From Candidatus Anderseniibacteriota bacterium (GTDB taxonomy: Bacteria > Patescibacteriota > Andersenbacteria > UBA10190), in assembly GCA_021414205.1 (NCBI GenBank), contig JAIOOW010000002.1, positions 89,520 to 153,519 of the forward strand: a stretch of DNA of 64,000 nt, written 5' to 3'. This document shows positions 48,485 through 58,061 of this stretch, in pieces (the first letter of the stretch is position 1; each line of letters starts with the position of its first letter). The position numbers and the translations under genes are program-made. The notes beneath the pieces were generated by a model. The model was not told the DNA's origin. It ran no database searches and saw only the letters and a list, made by a program, of their open reading frames with translations.

Positions 48485-49651
48485 TTACTTCAGTTTTCTT
48501 ACCCTGCAAATAAACGATTTCAAATACAAACTTTCCGGAAAATATACCGAGAGCGGGTGATCGGATGCCTGGCGAACTACTTCAAGTACATCTAGCTGCA
48601 ATCCAGCCTGCACAGACGCCCTGCGCAATGTGTATGCAAAATCATCTTCTGTAAAAAAATGAGAACAACTCGAGGTTACGAATATACCCCCATCCTTCAC
48701 CAGTCGCATACCCGCACGATTTACAAAGTGATATGCTTTTTTTGCCTGCTCTATTTCTCGCTTTGTTTTTGCAAGTGCAGGAGGATCAATAATAACCATA
48801 TCGTATGCAGTATCCTTTTGAGCACCGAGCCACGCAAACGCATCCCCTTCTTGAGTAGTTATTTTCTTACTATCAATGCCGTTGAGCGTTGCGTGCTTTA
48901 GGCATAACTCTAACGCGGCTTTCGACTCATCGACGTTATGAACGCTCGCCGCTCCGCCGAGCAATGCAGCGATTCCTGTTGCTCCGGTATACGAAAAAGC
49001 GTTCAATACAGATTTTCCGTGCGCATATTTTTTTACTGCTTGGCGTAATTCTTTTTGATCAAAAAAGAATCCCGTTTTTTGTCCACCCATCACATCTGCT
49101 GTTAATTTTATTCCATGCTCTAAAAACCCAACTGCCTCGACAGCCTTGCCATCGACAACATTCGATTCACCTTCGCTGCGATCAATAATTGCAATCGGAT
49201 TAAATAGTTTTTTACACGCGCGTATTACAATCGGAGACAGATTACTCATACCAATAGTCGAAATCTGAACGACGAGGACGTCCGCATATCGATCAATAAC
49301 AAGGCCCGGCAGATTATCTGCTTCACCGAATACTATTCGATATCCAGTAGTATCCGTATCTGGGCCATACCCAAGCAATAGTCGCTGATCATTCGCCTGC
49401 TCAATTCGATTCGTAATCCATTCCTCATTTATTTCAGTTTCAGAAAAATCAAATACGCGCACTGCAATACTAGAATCGCCCTCGAATGTTCCTGTGCCAA
49501 TAATTCTGCCATTGCGATCTGCAATATGAACAAGCGCCCCTTCTTCAAGATTATCCGGGATAGATTCTATTGCGCCAGAAAATACCCATGGGTGATGAAA
49601 CCCAACGCTTGCCTCTCGCCCCATCTTTAATTGAATTACTGGATATGCCAT
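48485..49651 (-). CDS. Class I SAM-dependent rRNA methyltransferase, RlmI/RlmK-like (PUA plus MTase)
   Basis: VIIDPPALAK (DPP motif IV), GGIFVTSSCS; start ATG 49651 (MAYPVIQ). Confidence 0.6.
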   Translation of the reverse strand: MAYPVIQLKMGREASVGFHHPWVFSGAIESIPDNLEEGALVHIADRNGRIIGTGTFEGDSSIAVRVFDFSETEINEEWITNRIEQANDQRLLLGYGPDTDTTGYRIVFGEADNLPGLVIDRYADVLVVQISTIGMSNLSPIVIRACKKLFNPIAIIDRSEGESNVVDGKAVEAVGFLEHGIKLTADVMGGQKTGFFFDQKELRQAVKKYAHGKSVLNAFSYTGATGIAALLGGAASVHNVDESKAALELCLKHATLNGIDSKKITTQEGDAFAWLGAQKDTAYDMVIIDPPALAKTKREIEQAKKAYHFVNRAGMRLVKDGGIFVTSSCSHFFTEDDFAYTLRRASVQAGLQLDVLEVVRQASDHPLSVYFPESLYLKSFICRVRKLK

Positions 49652-49669
49652 GCTATTACTATACCCGAC

Positions 49670-50326
49670 ATGAAACAATATTCGCTACAAGACCGCAAAC
49701 TCCGAGCTGAAATTATTCACCACGAACTGGAAAAGTTATTTCCTGGCAACTTAGCAACGCCGCTTGATTACACAACAGAATTTCAGTTACTCGTTGCCGT
49801 TATCTTATCCGCACAATGCACAGATGAACGCGTAAATATAGTAACTAAAGCGTTGTTTAAAAAATATAGAAGTGTAAAAGATTTTGCGAAAGCTGACATT
49901 CACGAACTAGAGCAACTCGTTTTTTCTACAGGATTTTATAGGAGCAAAGCAAAGGCAATTAAAAATAGTGCAATTATTATTCATGAAACATATAACGACA
50001 AATTACCAAGCACGATGCAAGAATTATTAGAACTACCTGGAGTTGGCAGAAAAACTGCAAACGTTATCTTGGGACATATATTCGATACCGTGGAAGGCAT
50101 CGCAGTAGACACGCACGTAAAACGCCTGGCATATAAATTCGGCCTTACCCAAGAAACAGATCCAGATAAAATAGAGAAGGATTTGTGTAAGCTGCTCCCG
50201 CAAAAAGATTGGTGGAATTTTTCCTATCGCCTAAAAGCCTATGGCCGACAATACAGCAAGGCGCATCAGAAAGATTTGAATACGGATCCGGTGAGTATTG
50301 CCCTAAAAAAAGAATCCTCTACGTAG
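49670..50326 (+). CDS. nth: Endonuclease III-like HhH-GPD DNA glycosylase lacking the C-terminal 4Fe-4S cysteine cluster
   Basis: LPGVGRKTANVILGHIF...DTHVKRL; only two Cys in the whole protein; start ATG 49670. Confidence 0.7.
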   Translation: MKQYSLQDRKLRAEIIHHELEKLFPGNLATPLDYTTEFQLLVAVILSAQCTDERVNIVTKALFKKYRSVKDFAKADIHELEQLVFSTGFYRSKAKAIKNSAIIIHETYNDKLPSTMQELLELPGVGRKTANVILGHIFDTVEGIAVDTHVKRLAYKFGLTQETDPDKIEKDLCKLLPQKDWWNFSYRLKAYGRQYSKAHQKDLNTDPVSIALKKESST

Positions 50327-50338
50327 AGGATTCTTTTT
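50305..50338. terminator. Bidirectional terminator (AGAATCCTCTA-CG-TAGAGGATTCT with A6/T5 flanks)
   Basis: Perfect 11-bp stem between convergent nth and ndk. Confidence 0.6.
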
Positions 50339-50346
50339 AATTCAAA

Positions 50347-50940
50347 CTATTCGAGTATCCCGTCCAGATTCACGTCGTATAAGATTTGTTCCTGGAGGAG
50401 TCGGTATGAAACAATGTCTTCCTTATTAAACCATAATGGAATTTCTCGCTGAGCTTCTTCTGGGCTATCTGAACAATGAACGAGATTTCGAACTGCTCGA
50501 TTATCTAAACTAGAAAGAGAATATGAGTCTACTGTCAGGTCTCCTCTAATAGTTCCGATGTCAGATGTTGCAGGCTCTGTTTCACCAACGAGCTTCTTCA
50601 CAATTGCAACAGACTGGTTCCCTTCAATCACAAATGCTAATACTGGGCCGGATGTGAAGAAATCAACGTTTGACTTAATAATGTCTTTTCCATACTCGAT
50701 TACTTCTTTTTCAATTGGCATTCCATGAGTCTTTCGATCCTCAACGATACGGGTCCCCTTTTTCATGAACCATTCCTCATCTTTATTATAATGCTTCCAG
50801 CACTGGTCAGCTTCCGGAACTAAAAACTTAATAGCAACAAACTTAAGGCCGGTGCGCTCAATGCGTTTCATAATCTCGCCCATAAGCGAACGCTGTACTC
50901 CGTCTGGTTTTATGATTACTAATGTTTGTTCTGACTTCAT
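50347..50940 (-). CDS. ndk: Nucleoside diphosphate kinase with ~45 aa insertion
   Basis: TLVIIKPDGVQR; NLVHCSD in place of NxxHGSD; 197 aa. Confidence 0.75.
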   Translation of the reverse strand: MKSEQTLVIIKPDGVQRSLMGEIMKRIERTGLKFVAIKFLVPEADQCWKHYNKDEEWFMKKGTRIVEDRKTHGMPIEKEVIEYGKDIIKSNVDFFTSGPVLAFVIEGNQSVAIVKKLVGETEPATSDIGTIRGDLTVDSYSLSSLDNRAVRNLVHCSDSPEEAQREIPLWFNKEDIVSYRLLQEQILYDVNLDGILE

Positions 50941-50947
50941 AGGATAT

Positions 50948-51715
50948 TTATTTATTCATACAGTAATGTTGCAAAAAAGGCAAATCAGTTTCATGAACAC
51001 ACTTCATAAACCACGAATTGACGCGGAACGCAAGTGTAGCGTCGTACGGCAAGTCAGAAAAAGAAATGTTAGGTGAAATTGCCTGTAATAGGCCTGGAAT
51101 AATGCTTGGCGGTTTCGTTCCGTGCTTCTCCGCGTACAGTATTTTTGCGGGGAACGCTTCCGTAGGAACACTTCCAAGCAATTGTTGCTGCATTTTTGCA
51201 TTCGCATCACCCAAAACAATAATCGACACATCCCGTATATCAGCTCGAAATGCAATTGCAGGACCCCCTGCCATAATACGCAGCGTTATCCTGTTAGCTG
51301 TAATGCGCTGGCCATATTCAGCAAAACGATACGGGATATGCCGACGAACTATTTCACTAATAAGCATTTCGCCCTGAGGGTCTATTTTACCTGATCGTGG
51401 CAACACGACCGCGCCCACATCGTATCGATCAAGAATTGAAACAAGGCTCATAATATCCTCTGATTTCCACGTAGGGACGATAATAACTTCAATCCTTTTA
51501 TCAAACCAAGACATTTTTGAAGGAAGTGAACTTAAAAGTGATTCATCCCCTCCTCCGCCAATAAGCATCTGAACCGTTCCGTCCTGCACAAGAAGTGTAT
51601 TTCCATGTTTCGGATCAAATCGCGTAATACCCACTCCCTGTTGCGGCGCAGAAGACACGAACACAACATACACAATCAACAGAGCACACCAAACAATCCT
51701 GCTATCTATATCCAT
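50948..51715 (-). CDS. ComEC C-terminal metallo-beta-lactamase-like domain encoded as a separate ORF
   Basis: GITRFDPKHGNTLLVQDGTVQMLIGGGGD resembles the ComEC lactamase-domain start; overlaps upstream comEC by 10 nt. Confidence 0.45.
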   Translation of the reverse strand: MDIDSRIVWCALLIVYVVFVSSAPQQGVGITRFDPKHGNTLLVQDGTVQMLIGGGGDESLLSSLPSKMSWFDKRIEVIIVPTWKSEDIMSLVSILDRYDVGAVVLPRSGKIDPQGEMLISEIVRRHIPYRFAEYGQRITANRITLRIMAGGPAIAFRADIRDVSIIVLGDANAKMQQQLLGSVPTEAFPAKILYAEKHGTKPPSIIPGLLQAISPNISFSDLPYDATLAFRVNSWFMKCVHETDLPFLQHYCMNK

Positions 51716-53079
51716 AGTTCTCTAAGATGCATTCTTCGCTGATGCATAAAAAGCACCACGCCACATAGAAGGAGTGCGTAGAAAGCAAAAACGCCCCACC
51801 CCGGCATGCTCAGGTGATCGATATATGCATAGGGAATATACTGAACACTGGATGTGATTCCAATTGTCCACAAAATAAGAATATGAACAACATACGAGAA
51901 CATGAGGGAGATGATGGGAGAAATCACGCTCCCCGCCAACACCAAAAGAATAGCAATTAGCAGTGCTGGAGTAATAGGAACAATAAGTATGTTCACCAAG
52001 ATGCCGAGTGTTGGAATTCCGCCAAAATAGTACACAACGAGCGGAAATGTCCCTATAGTAGCTCCGAGAGAAACAAAGAAGAGTGATGAAACGGGGTGCA
52101 GCCTAAAAGAAACAAGGCGTAGCATAAGGAAAATTCCTGTCACAGCCGCCATGGAAAGTTGGAATCCTGGTGATAAAATCGCTCGAGGATCAAATGTCAT
52201 GAGAAGAGCCAAGACAGCAAGAGGGACGGTAGATGCACCAATAAGTACTCGCGCCCGGTAGGCGAGCGCGTAGAGGGTCCAAAACACGCCCGCCCGCACA
52301 GCAGACAACGGAGCCCCGATGCTCGCTATATATACCCACATAACAATGGCCATAATTCCAAATCGGAATATGGGCGGAATTGGCAACAACTGAAGCACGA
52401 GCGCTAAAACTCCCACAAGAATAGAGACGTGGAGCCCAGAAATGGAAAGCACGTGACTTATTCCACTCACACGAAATTCGTCTTGAATATTTTGAGATAT
52501 CGTACCGCGATCCCCCAGCAACATTCCGATCGAGATCGACGCATCGGGCTCGCTTAAATACCGAGATAGCGTCTCAATTCCCCTTATTCTCAATGTATCA
52601 ATTATAGATGTCCCTTTATGTAACACCTCTACGTTTGCATGCTTAACGATTAAATCTATTCCATCGTCTTGCAAAAATATCGACGAAATAACTTGAGAGC
52701 CTTGAATATGCGCTTGAGTGCCGCGGGCAAGTAGCGGAAATCGATTCATGTATACCAAAATTGAACATCCATCATTTCTCTTGAACACATATACTGCTTG
52801 GTCGAATGATATCGAATATGCATGATCGAGCGTAGCATATGAAGTTGTTTCACCCTGGCATACAGTAGCGCGCGGTTGAACAATGCCCCCACCATAGATA
52901 AATCCGAGATAGATCAATGCAATAACTGCAATAAAAAATTGCGTTCGAAGACGCATATAATATGCTATTGCCAACATACTCAGCCCGCAGGCGCCAAGCA
53001 ACATCGGAACTGCTTGAAATACTCCAGCAGTTATCCCAACCACCCACGAAACAACAAGTATGCAAACAGAAGCTCGCAT
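51706..53079 (-). CDS. comEC: ComEC/Rec2 DNA-uptake channel (DUF4131 plus competence domain)
   Basis: Polytopic; FRVSGISHVLSISGLHVSILVG competence-domain motif. Confidence 0.75.
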   Translation of the reverse strand: MRASVCILVVSWVVGITAGVFQAVPMLLGACGLSMLAIAYYMRLRTQFFIAVIALIYLGFIYGGGIVQPRATVCQGETTSYATLDHAYSISFDQAVYVFKRNDGCSILVYMNRFPLLARGTQAHIQGSQVISSIFLQDDGIDLIVKHANVEVLHKGTSIIDTLRIRGIETLSRYLSEPDASISIGMLLGDRGTISQNIQDEFRVSGISHVLSISGLHVSILVGVLALVLQLLPIPPIFRFGIMAIVMWVYIASIGAPLSAVRAGVFWTLYALAYRARVLIGASTVPLAVLALLMTFDPRAILSPGFQLSMAAVTGIFLMLRLVSFRLHPVSSLFFVSLGATIGTFPLVVYYFGGIPTLGILVNILIVPITPALLIAILLVLAGSVISPIISLMFSYVVHILILWTIGITSSVQYIPYAYIDHLSMPGWGVFAFYALLLCGVVLFMHQRRMHLRELWI

Positions 53080-53109
53080 ACTTGTAACTCTACATCAGTT
53101 GCAGATCAC

Positions 53110-54345
53110 CTACACCTCTTCTTGTCCGAGATTCTGTTTGCGCTCGCGCATTTTCCTGCGGATAAACGTCGGTACTTCCAAATCCTCATCCTCTTGCTGT
53201 TGCTGCATTGGCATGATTCTTGGCTTTGGAGCAGGCTGATTTTGCTGAGACAAATTCACAGAAGGCATACCATACGGGGATCTCATTGGCTGCACTCGCG
53301 GTTCATTCTGAGGCATCTGTTGCTGTTGTTGCGATTGCTGGTTAGTTGCATACCCGGGCGTATTTCGAGGACGGATAATTGCTTGTGGCTTGTCAAAACC
53401 AGTAGCAACAACGGTAATCTTAATCTCTCCCTCTTCTACTTGGTCCGAATCAATTACCGCACCAAAAATAACCTTTGCATTCGGATCCGCATGTTCCGTG
53501 ATCGTTCGGGCCGCAGCGTCCACTTCATACATACGAAGATCGGGGCCGGATGTAATATTGAATACAATTCCCTTTGCGCCATCAATCGTCACGTCAAGCA
53601 TAGGACTATCAATTGCCGCGCGCGCAGCTTCCACCGCTCTATTTTCCCCAGAAGCTTTTCCAATACCCATAAGAGCAGATCCGGCATTTTGCATAATCGC
53701 CTTAATGTCCGCAAAGTCTACGTTGACCATTCCGTGATGAGTAATCAAATCGGAGATACCTTGAACGCCTTGTCGCAATACATCATCCACCACTCGAAAT
53801 GCGTCAATGAGGCTTGTTTTCTTATCGATGATTTGAAGCAGCCTGTCATTCGGGATAACCACAGATGCGTCCGCCCTGCTCTGTAACTCTGCAAGCGCTT
53901 CTTCTGCAATAGTCATGCGCTGCTGTCCTTCAAACGAAAATGGCTTCGTTACAACTGCAACAGTAAGAGCTCCTACTTCGCGAGCAATTTCCGCAACAAC
54001 GGGGCCTGCACCAGAACCGGAACCGCCACCGAATCCAGCGGCGATAAACACCATGTCAGCTCCTTTTAGTAATTCATAAATTTCTTCTCGACTTTCTTCT
54101 GCCGCTTGCTGCCCAAGCAGAGGATTCATTCCAGCTCCCAAACCTTTAGTAACCGTTTGTCCAATATGAAGTTTTGTAGGGGCAGCGGAATAGTGAAGCG
54201 CCTGCGCATCGGTATTCACCGCGATAAATTCAACGCCCTTAATATTCGCCTCAACCATTCTATTAAGCGCGGCGTTTCCGCCTCCACCCACACCAACAAC
54301 TTTGATGTTTGCTACGTTTTCAATACTGGCTCGTTTTAGTGGCAT
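53110..54345 (-). CDS. ftsZ: Cell-division GTPase FtsZ
   Basis: [25 protein letters not shown] tubulin signature. Confidence 0.95.
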   Translation of the reverse strand: MPLKRASIENVANIKVVGVGGGGNAALNRMVEANIKGVEFIAVNTDAQALHYSAAPTKLHIGQTVTKGLGAGMNPLLGQQAAEESREEIYELLKGADMVFIAAGFGGGSGSGAGPVVAEIAREVGALTVAVVTKPFSFEGQQRMTIAEEALAELQSRADASVVIPNDRLLQIIDKKTSLIDAFRVVDDVLRQGVQGISDLITHHGMVNVDFADIKAIMQNAGSALMGIGKASGENRAVEAARAAIDSPMLDVTIDGAKGIVFNITSGPDLRMYEVDAAARTITEHADPNAKVIFGAVIDSDQVEEGEIKITVVATGFDKPQAIIRPRNTPGYATNQQSQQQQQMPQNEPRVQPMRSPYGMPSVNLSQQNQPAPKPRIMPMQQQQEDEDLEVPTFIRRKMRERKQNLGQEEV

Positions 54346-54431
54346 ATCATCTTCATCGTACGAACGAAAAAAAGAATGTCAATAACAATATGTGTACAAC
54401 CCGTACACACTTTGTGTTCACGAATATTTTT

Positions 54432-55676
54432 TTACGGCAGGAATGACTTAGTCCAATCTCTCAGCTTTTGCACGGTACCACTAATATCGGGTAAAGATAG
54501 AGATTTATGAGAAACTTCTTTGCCCTCCTGATCAAGCGCAAACGCAATCAGTCCGATTGCAACTGCAAATTCCGGTCCATCTGTTTGATCGGATAATCCA
54601 GCCAATTTTTTCGGATGACCAATTCGAACCGGCAAGCGTAATCGCTTTTTTGCCAATTCAACAATCCCATCCATGTACGCTCCTCCGCCAGTTAATATCA
54701 CTCCCGCGGGCAACAATCCAGACCGTCCTATGTTCTTAAGTTCACGATCAACATGAGAGAATAGCTCGTCTAATCTGTCGGAAATAATTTCAGCAACTTC
54801 TTTTCTTGAAATAGATTCTTGCTCGCCGTCCTGCCCTTCAACAACAATCATATCGCTTTGAGAAATACCTTCTACCGTGGCAGTACCGTGAGATAACTTA
54901 ATTGCTTCTGCAATCTCTATTGAAGTGCGAAGACCAATTGCAATGTCGTTCGTAATATGTGATGCGCCCACAGGCAGCACACTTGTATGTAATAAAATAT
55001 TCTCCTCGTATACCGCGAGGCTCGTTGTACCGGCTCCCAAATCAATGAGCACAACCCCTAACTCTTTTTGACGTTTTTCAAGAACGGCAAGTGCTGCTGC
55101 GAGCGGAGCGAACACAAACTCGTCGATATGAACACCAGATTGATTCACAACCTTGGTCAGGTTTTTAATTGCCGGGGAAGATCCTACGATTGCATGCGCC
55201 TCCACTTCGAGACGCACTCCCGTCATACCAACAGAATCCTGAATATGCTCTTGCCCATCAACAATATAGTTTTGAGGCAGAATGTGCATAATCTCTCGAT
55301 TAGGCGGAAGAGATATTGCTTGAGCTGCATTAATAACTCGGTCAACATCATCCGGAGTAATCTCACCGTCTGCACGACTTATAGCAATAACACCACGCAA
55401 TTCTTGGGATACTAAGTGCGCACCATTCACGCTCACCACCGCTTTTTCTACAGGTATTCCGGAAATACGCTCTGCTACATCGAGAGCAGTTCCCAGGCAA
55501 GCGACAGCTTCTTCCACGTCTGTTACAACGCCTTTTTGCATTCCGCTCATGACAGCCTTCCCAACACCGAGAATCTTTACCTCACCATCTTCCGATTGAG
55601 GATTTTTTTGCGCAACAACAACACGAACAGCACTGGATCCAATATCAATCGCGGTATATATATGCGGTCGGTTCAT
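54432..55676 (-). CDS. ftsA: Cell-division protein FtsA
   Basis: Actin-like ATPase; IDIGSSAVRVVV, DLGAGTTSLAV. Confidence 0.9.
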   Translation of the reverse strand: MNRPHIYTAIDIGSSAVRVVVAQKNPQSEDGEVKILGVGKAVMSGMQKGVVTDVEEAVACLGTALDVAERISGIPVEKAVVSVNGAHLVSQELRGVIAISRADGEITPDDVDRVINAAQAISLPPNREIMHILPQNYIVDGQEHIQDSVGMTGVRLEVEAHAIVGSSPAIKNLTKVVNQSGVHIDEFVFAPLAAALAVLEKRQKELGVVLIDLGAGTTSLAVYEENILLHTSVLPVGASHITNDIAIGLRTSIEIAEAIKLSHGTATVEGISQSDMIVVEGQDGEQESISRKEVAEIISDRLDELFSHVDRELKNIGRSGLLPAGVILTGGGAYMDGIVELAKKRLRLPVRIGHPKKLAGLSDQTDGPEFAVAIGLIAFALDQEGKEVSHKSLSLPDISGTVQKLRDWTKSFLP

Positions 55677-55703
55677 AATGAAGATATTCTACACCTATTG
55701 TAC

Positions 55704-56069
55704 CTAAAAAAGATTGGGAAGAAAAATCAATACCCCAACAACGCAAGCTGCAATAGTAACGACGAGAACAGCTCCTGCGGAAATATCCTTCACATTCCGA
55801 ACAATCACACTGTATTCAGGATGCACCATATCGGATAACAACTCGATTGCGGTATTTACCATTTCAAAGGCAAGCACAAGCAAAATAGCAATAATGCCGA
55901 TTCCTATGCCTGCTAAAGATACATGCAAAAAAACCATCATGAACAAAATAATTGTTCCAATAAAAAGTTGTATGCGAATATTTCTCTCGCGCAAAATTGC
56001 GGTTGCAATTCCTCGAAGGGCAAAAGCAAGTGCTTCAAAAAAAGATCTACTTCGGTGCCAGCGCTTCAT
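55704..56069 (-). CDS. dgkA: Diacylglycerol/undecaprenol kinase (DgkA family)
   Basis: 121 aa, 3 TM; FEMVNTAIE motif. Confidence 0.75.
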   Translation of the reverse strand: MKRWHRSRSFFEALAFALRGIATAILRERNIRIQLFIGTIILFMMVFLHVSLAGIGIGIIAILLVLAFEMVNTAIELLSDMVHPEYSVIVRNVKDISAGAVLVVTIAACVVGVLIFLPNLF

Positions 56070-56497
56070 ATTGAAAATAATGTTACAGCAGAAAACCCTG
56101 TCTCTGCCAGAATTTGCTTTTCCAATTCTTCCGTCTTCAATTCTTCTGCATCAGATGCCTCATGATCCATTCCCAGCGCATGCAAGAATCCGTGAGTCGC
56201 AAGCAATGCAACATAGTCAGCAAGCCCGACTCCTCGTTCTTGCGCCTCATCCATTGCAACATTCATGCAAATAGCAATATCGTGCTCGTTTTCATCATAT
56301 GAAAATGTGAGTATGTTTGTCGGAGAATTTTTGTGCCGATAAGTTGCGTTCATGTTTGTTATTTCATCAATTCCAACACAGCGCAATGTCACGTGCCCAT
56401 CGTGTCGCATATTCAGCTTATCGCATGCGCAATCCAATATCTTCATTACCTGCTCATGCGTAAGTGGAAATTGTTCGCACTGCAACTCAAGCGTCAT
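56066..56497 (-). CDS. ybeY: rRNA maturation endoribonuclease YbeY
   Basis: HGFLHALGMDHE zinc motif. Confidence 0.85.
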   Translation of the reverse strand: MTLELQCEQFPLTHEQVMKILDCACDKLNMRHDGHVTLRCVGIDEITNMNATYRHKNSPTNILTFSYDENEHDIAICMNVAMDEAQERGVGLADYVALLATHGFLHALGMDHEASDAEELKTEELEKQILAETGFSAVTLFSI

Positions 56498-56512
56498 ATA
56501 TTACATGCGCTA

Positions 56513-57253
56513 TTACAGCTTGTCGTTCGGTGCAGGAACAAGCGGATTATGCCCGTGCGCAACCTCGCTTCCATCCGAATATCCATCTCCATCTGTATCA
56601 GGATTAAACGGATCAGTACCCATTTTACGTTCCACTGGATCAGTCAAACCATCATTATCAGAATCAAGCGCACCAGCTCCAAGCGGATTATATCCATTCT
56701 TCACTTCCTCGCCGTCATTATATCCATCTCCGTCAGTATCAGGATTATTCGGATCAGTACCATACAAACGCTCCTCCGCATTATTTACCCCATCCTTATC
56801 AGGATCATCGCCATCGGATCCGACTTGGGCCGAAGATGTGGGCGGGGGCGTACTAGACTCCGTCACTACAGGCTGCTGACTTTGAACCGGAGCTGCGTCG
56901 GGAGTAGGGGTAATATCCGTAGCAGTTTTTTGCGCAGCAGGTCCGGAAAACATTTTCATTGCAATCGCGACGCCCACAACAACAAGTAAAACCACAATTC
57001 CAATAACTATAAATACAAGCGTCTTTGCGCTTCGCTTTCTTGTTGGCATTTCTGGCTTTACGAATACGGGCTGGTCGGTCTCCAAGGACTCATCAACCTC
57101 TGGAGGTGTAATAAGAGGGTTAGGCTGACTGGTTTTATCAGGCATTGAAGATACATCCTCAAAAGGGTCCGGCACATCGAATCCAGTTGCGGGAGCACCC
57201 CCTGCAGGAGGGATCGGCGGAATCGGTAAATTTGGGGGGAGTTCATTGGCCAT
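56513..57253 (-). CDS. Membrane-anchored protein with Pro-rich N-terminus and thrombospondin type-3-like Ca-binding repeats
   Basis: DPNNPDTDGDGYNDGEEV, DSDNDGLTDPVE, DPFNPDTDGDGYSDGSEV; single TM. Confidence 0.6.
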   Translation of the reverse strand: MANELPPNLPIPPIPPAGGAPATGFDVPDPFEDVSSMPDKTSQPNPLITPPEVDESLETDQPVFVKPEMPTRKRSAKTLVFIVIGIVVLLVVVGVAIAMKMFSGPAAQKTATDITPTPDAAPVQSQQPVVTESSTPPPTSSAQVGSDGDDPDKDGVNNAEERLYGTDPNNPDTDGDGYNDGEEVKNGYNPLGAGALDSDNDGLTDPVERKMGTDPFNPDTDGDGYSDGSEVAHGHNPLVPAPNDKL

Positions 57254-57280
57254 ATAACTTCTTCATTATACCTATAAATA

Positions 57281-57318
57281 CAAAATAAAACACCCGGGCT
57301 TTTACCCGGGTGTTTTTA
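57281..57318. terminator. Bidirectional terminator after rpsU (ACACCCGGG-N6-CCCGGGTGT)
   Basis: 9-bp perfect stem with A-run and T-run flanks. Confidence 0.6.
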
Positions 57319-57322
57319 TCTG

Positions 57323-57574
57323 TTAGAACCGCTTACCTTTCTTTTGAGGATATGCGAATTCGTCTATTTCCCCCATCTTGATTGCTCGTTCGCGTTCGGT
57401 CTGCAATTCGCTTCTTCGTTGCGCAGCTTCACGAACTTTCATTTTGCTTTGTTTTTTTTCGTGGTATCGAACCTTCTTCGCCTGTAACAACACTCCGCTT
57501 TGTTGCACAACACGAGAAAACCGACGGATTAATCCTTCGGAATTTTCATTATCACGTTTCTGTACTTCTAACAC
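57323..57574 (-). CDS. rpsU: Ribosomal protein S21 (GTG start)
   Basis: LIRRFSRVVQQSGVLLQAKKVRYHEKK...; AGGAGG RBS 9 nt before GTG. Confidence 0.8.
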   Translation of the reverse strand: MLEVQKRDNENSEGLIRRFSRVVQQSGVLLQAKKVRYHEKKQSKMKVREAAQRRSELQTERERAIKMGEIDEFAYPQKKGKRF

Positions 57575-57618
57575 AGGAAAAAGTCACCTCCTAAAAATAA
57601 TAACAAACTCTAGTAAAC

Positions 57619-57647
57619 ATCCTACCACGTGATAAGTTGCATGTCAA
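57619..57647 (-). promoter_or_regulatory. Sigma70-like promoter TTGACA-N17-TAGGAT for rpsU
   Basis: Minus strand reads TTGACAtgcaacttatcacgtggTAGGAT. Confidence 0.45.
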
Positions 57648-57650
57648 TGA

Positions 57651-58061
57651 CTATTTCCCCGTACTTCCGCTGACTGCAGTGCCGTTAAAATAATCTGCCG
57701 GCTTAGTAACACCCAAGACAGTAAGAAGCGTATTAATAAGCACGTATGCAAGCAATATAATAGCCAACCCAATCAATGCCTCTATGACCGTTTTCTTGCC
57801 TGCCGCAAGATTATCTTCATCCACTGAATAGAGGAACATTTTTATCCCGCCATAAATCAAGAATACAAACGCAACAATAGCGCCCATACCTAATAGATAA
57901 TTAAAGATATCGACAAATATCTTGAAAAAGTCATTAATATCGCATGGCTTCCCTCCAGGATTACCGCATTTAACAAGCCCCGTATCTTGCGCAAGCCCAG
58001 CAAAGGGCAATGTTGCAATAAATAAAAATGCATACATTCGCATTATGTATTTCTTATTCAT
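57651..58061 (-). CDS. Small secreted two-TM protein with TrbC/VirB2-pilin-like topology
   Basis: Signal peptide (…AGLAQ), mature part with two hydrophobic helices separated by a short charged loop; 136 aa. Confidence 0.35.
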   Translation of the reverse strand: MNKKYIMRMYAFLFIATLPFAGLAQDTGLVKCGNPGGKPCDINDFFKIFVDIFNYLLGMGAIVAFVFLIYGGIKMFLYSVDEDNLAAGKKTVIEALIGLAIILLAYVLINTLLTVLGVTKPADYFNGTAVSGSTGK

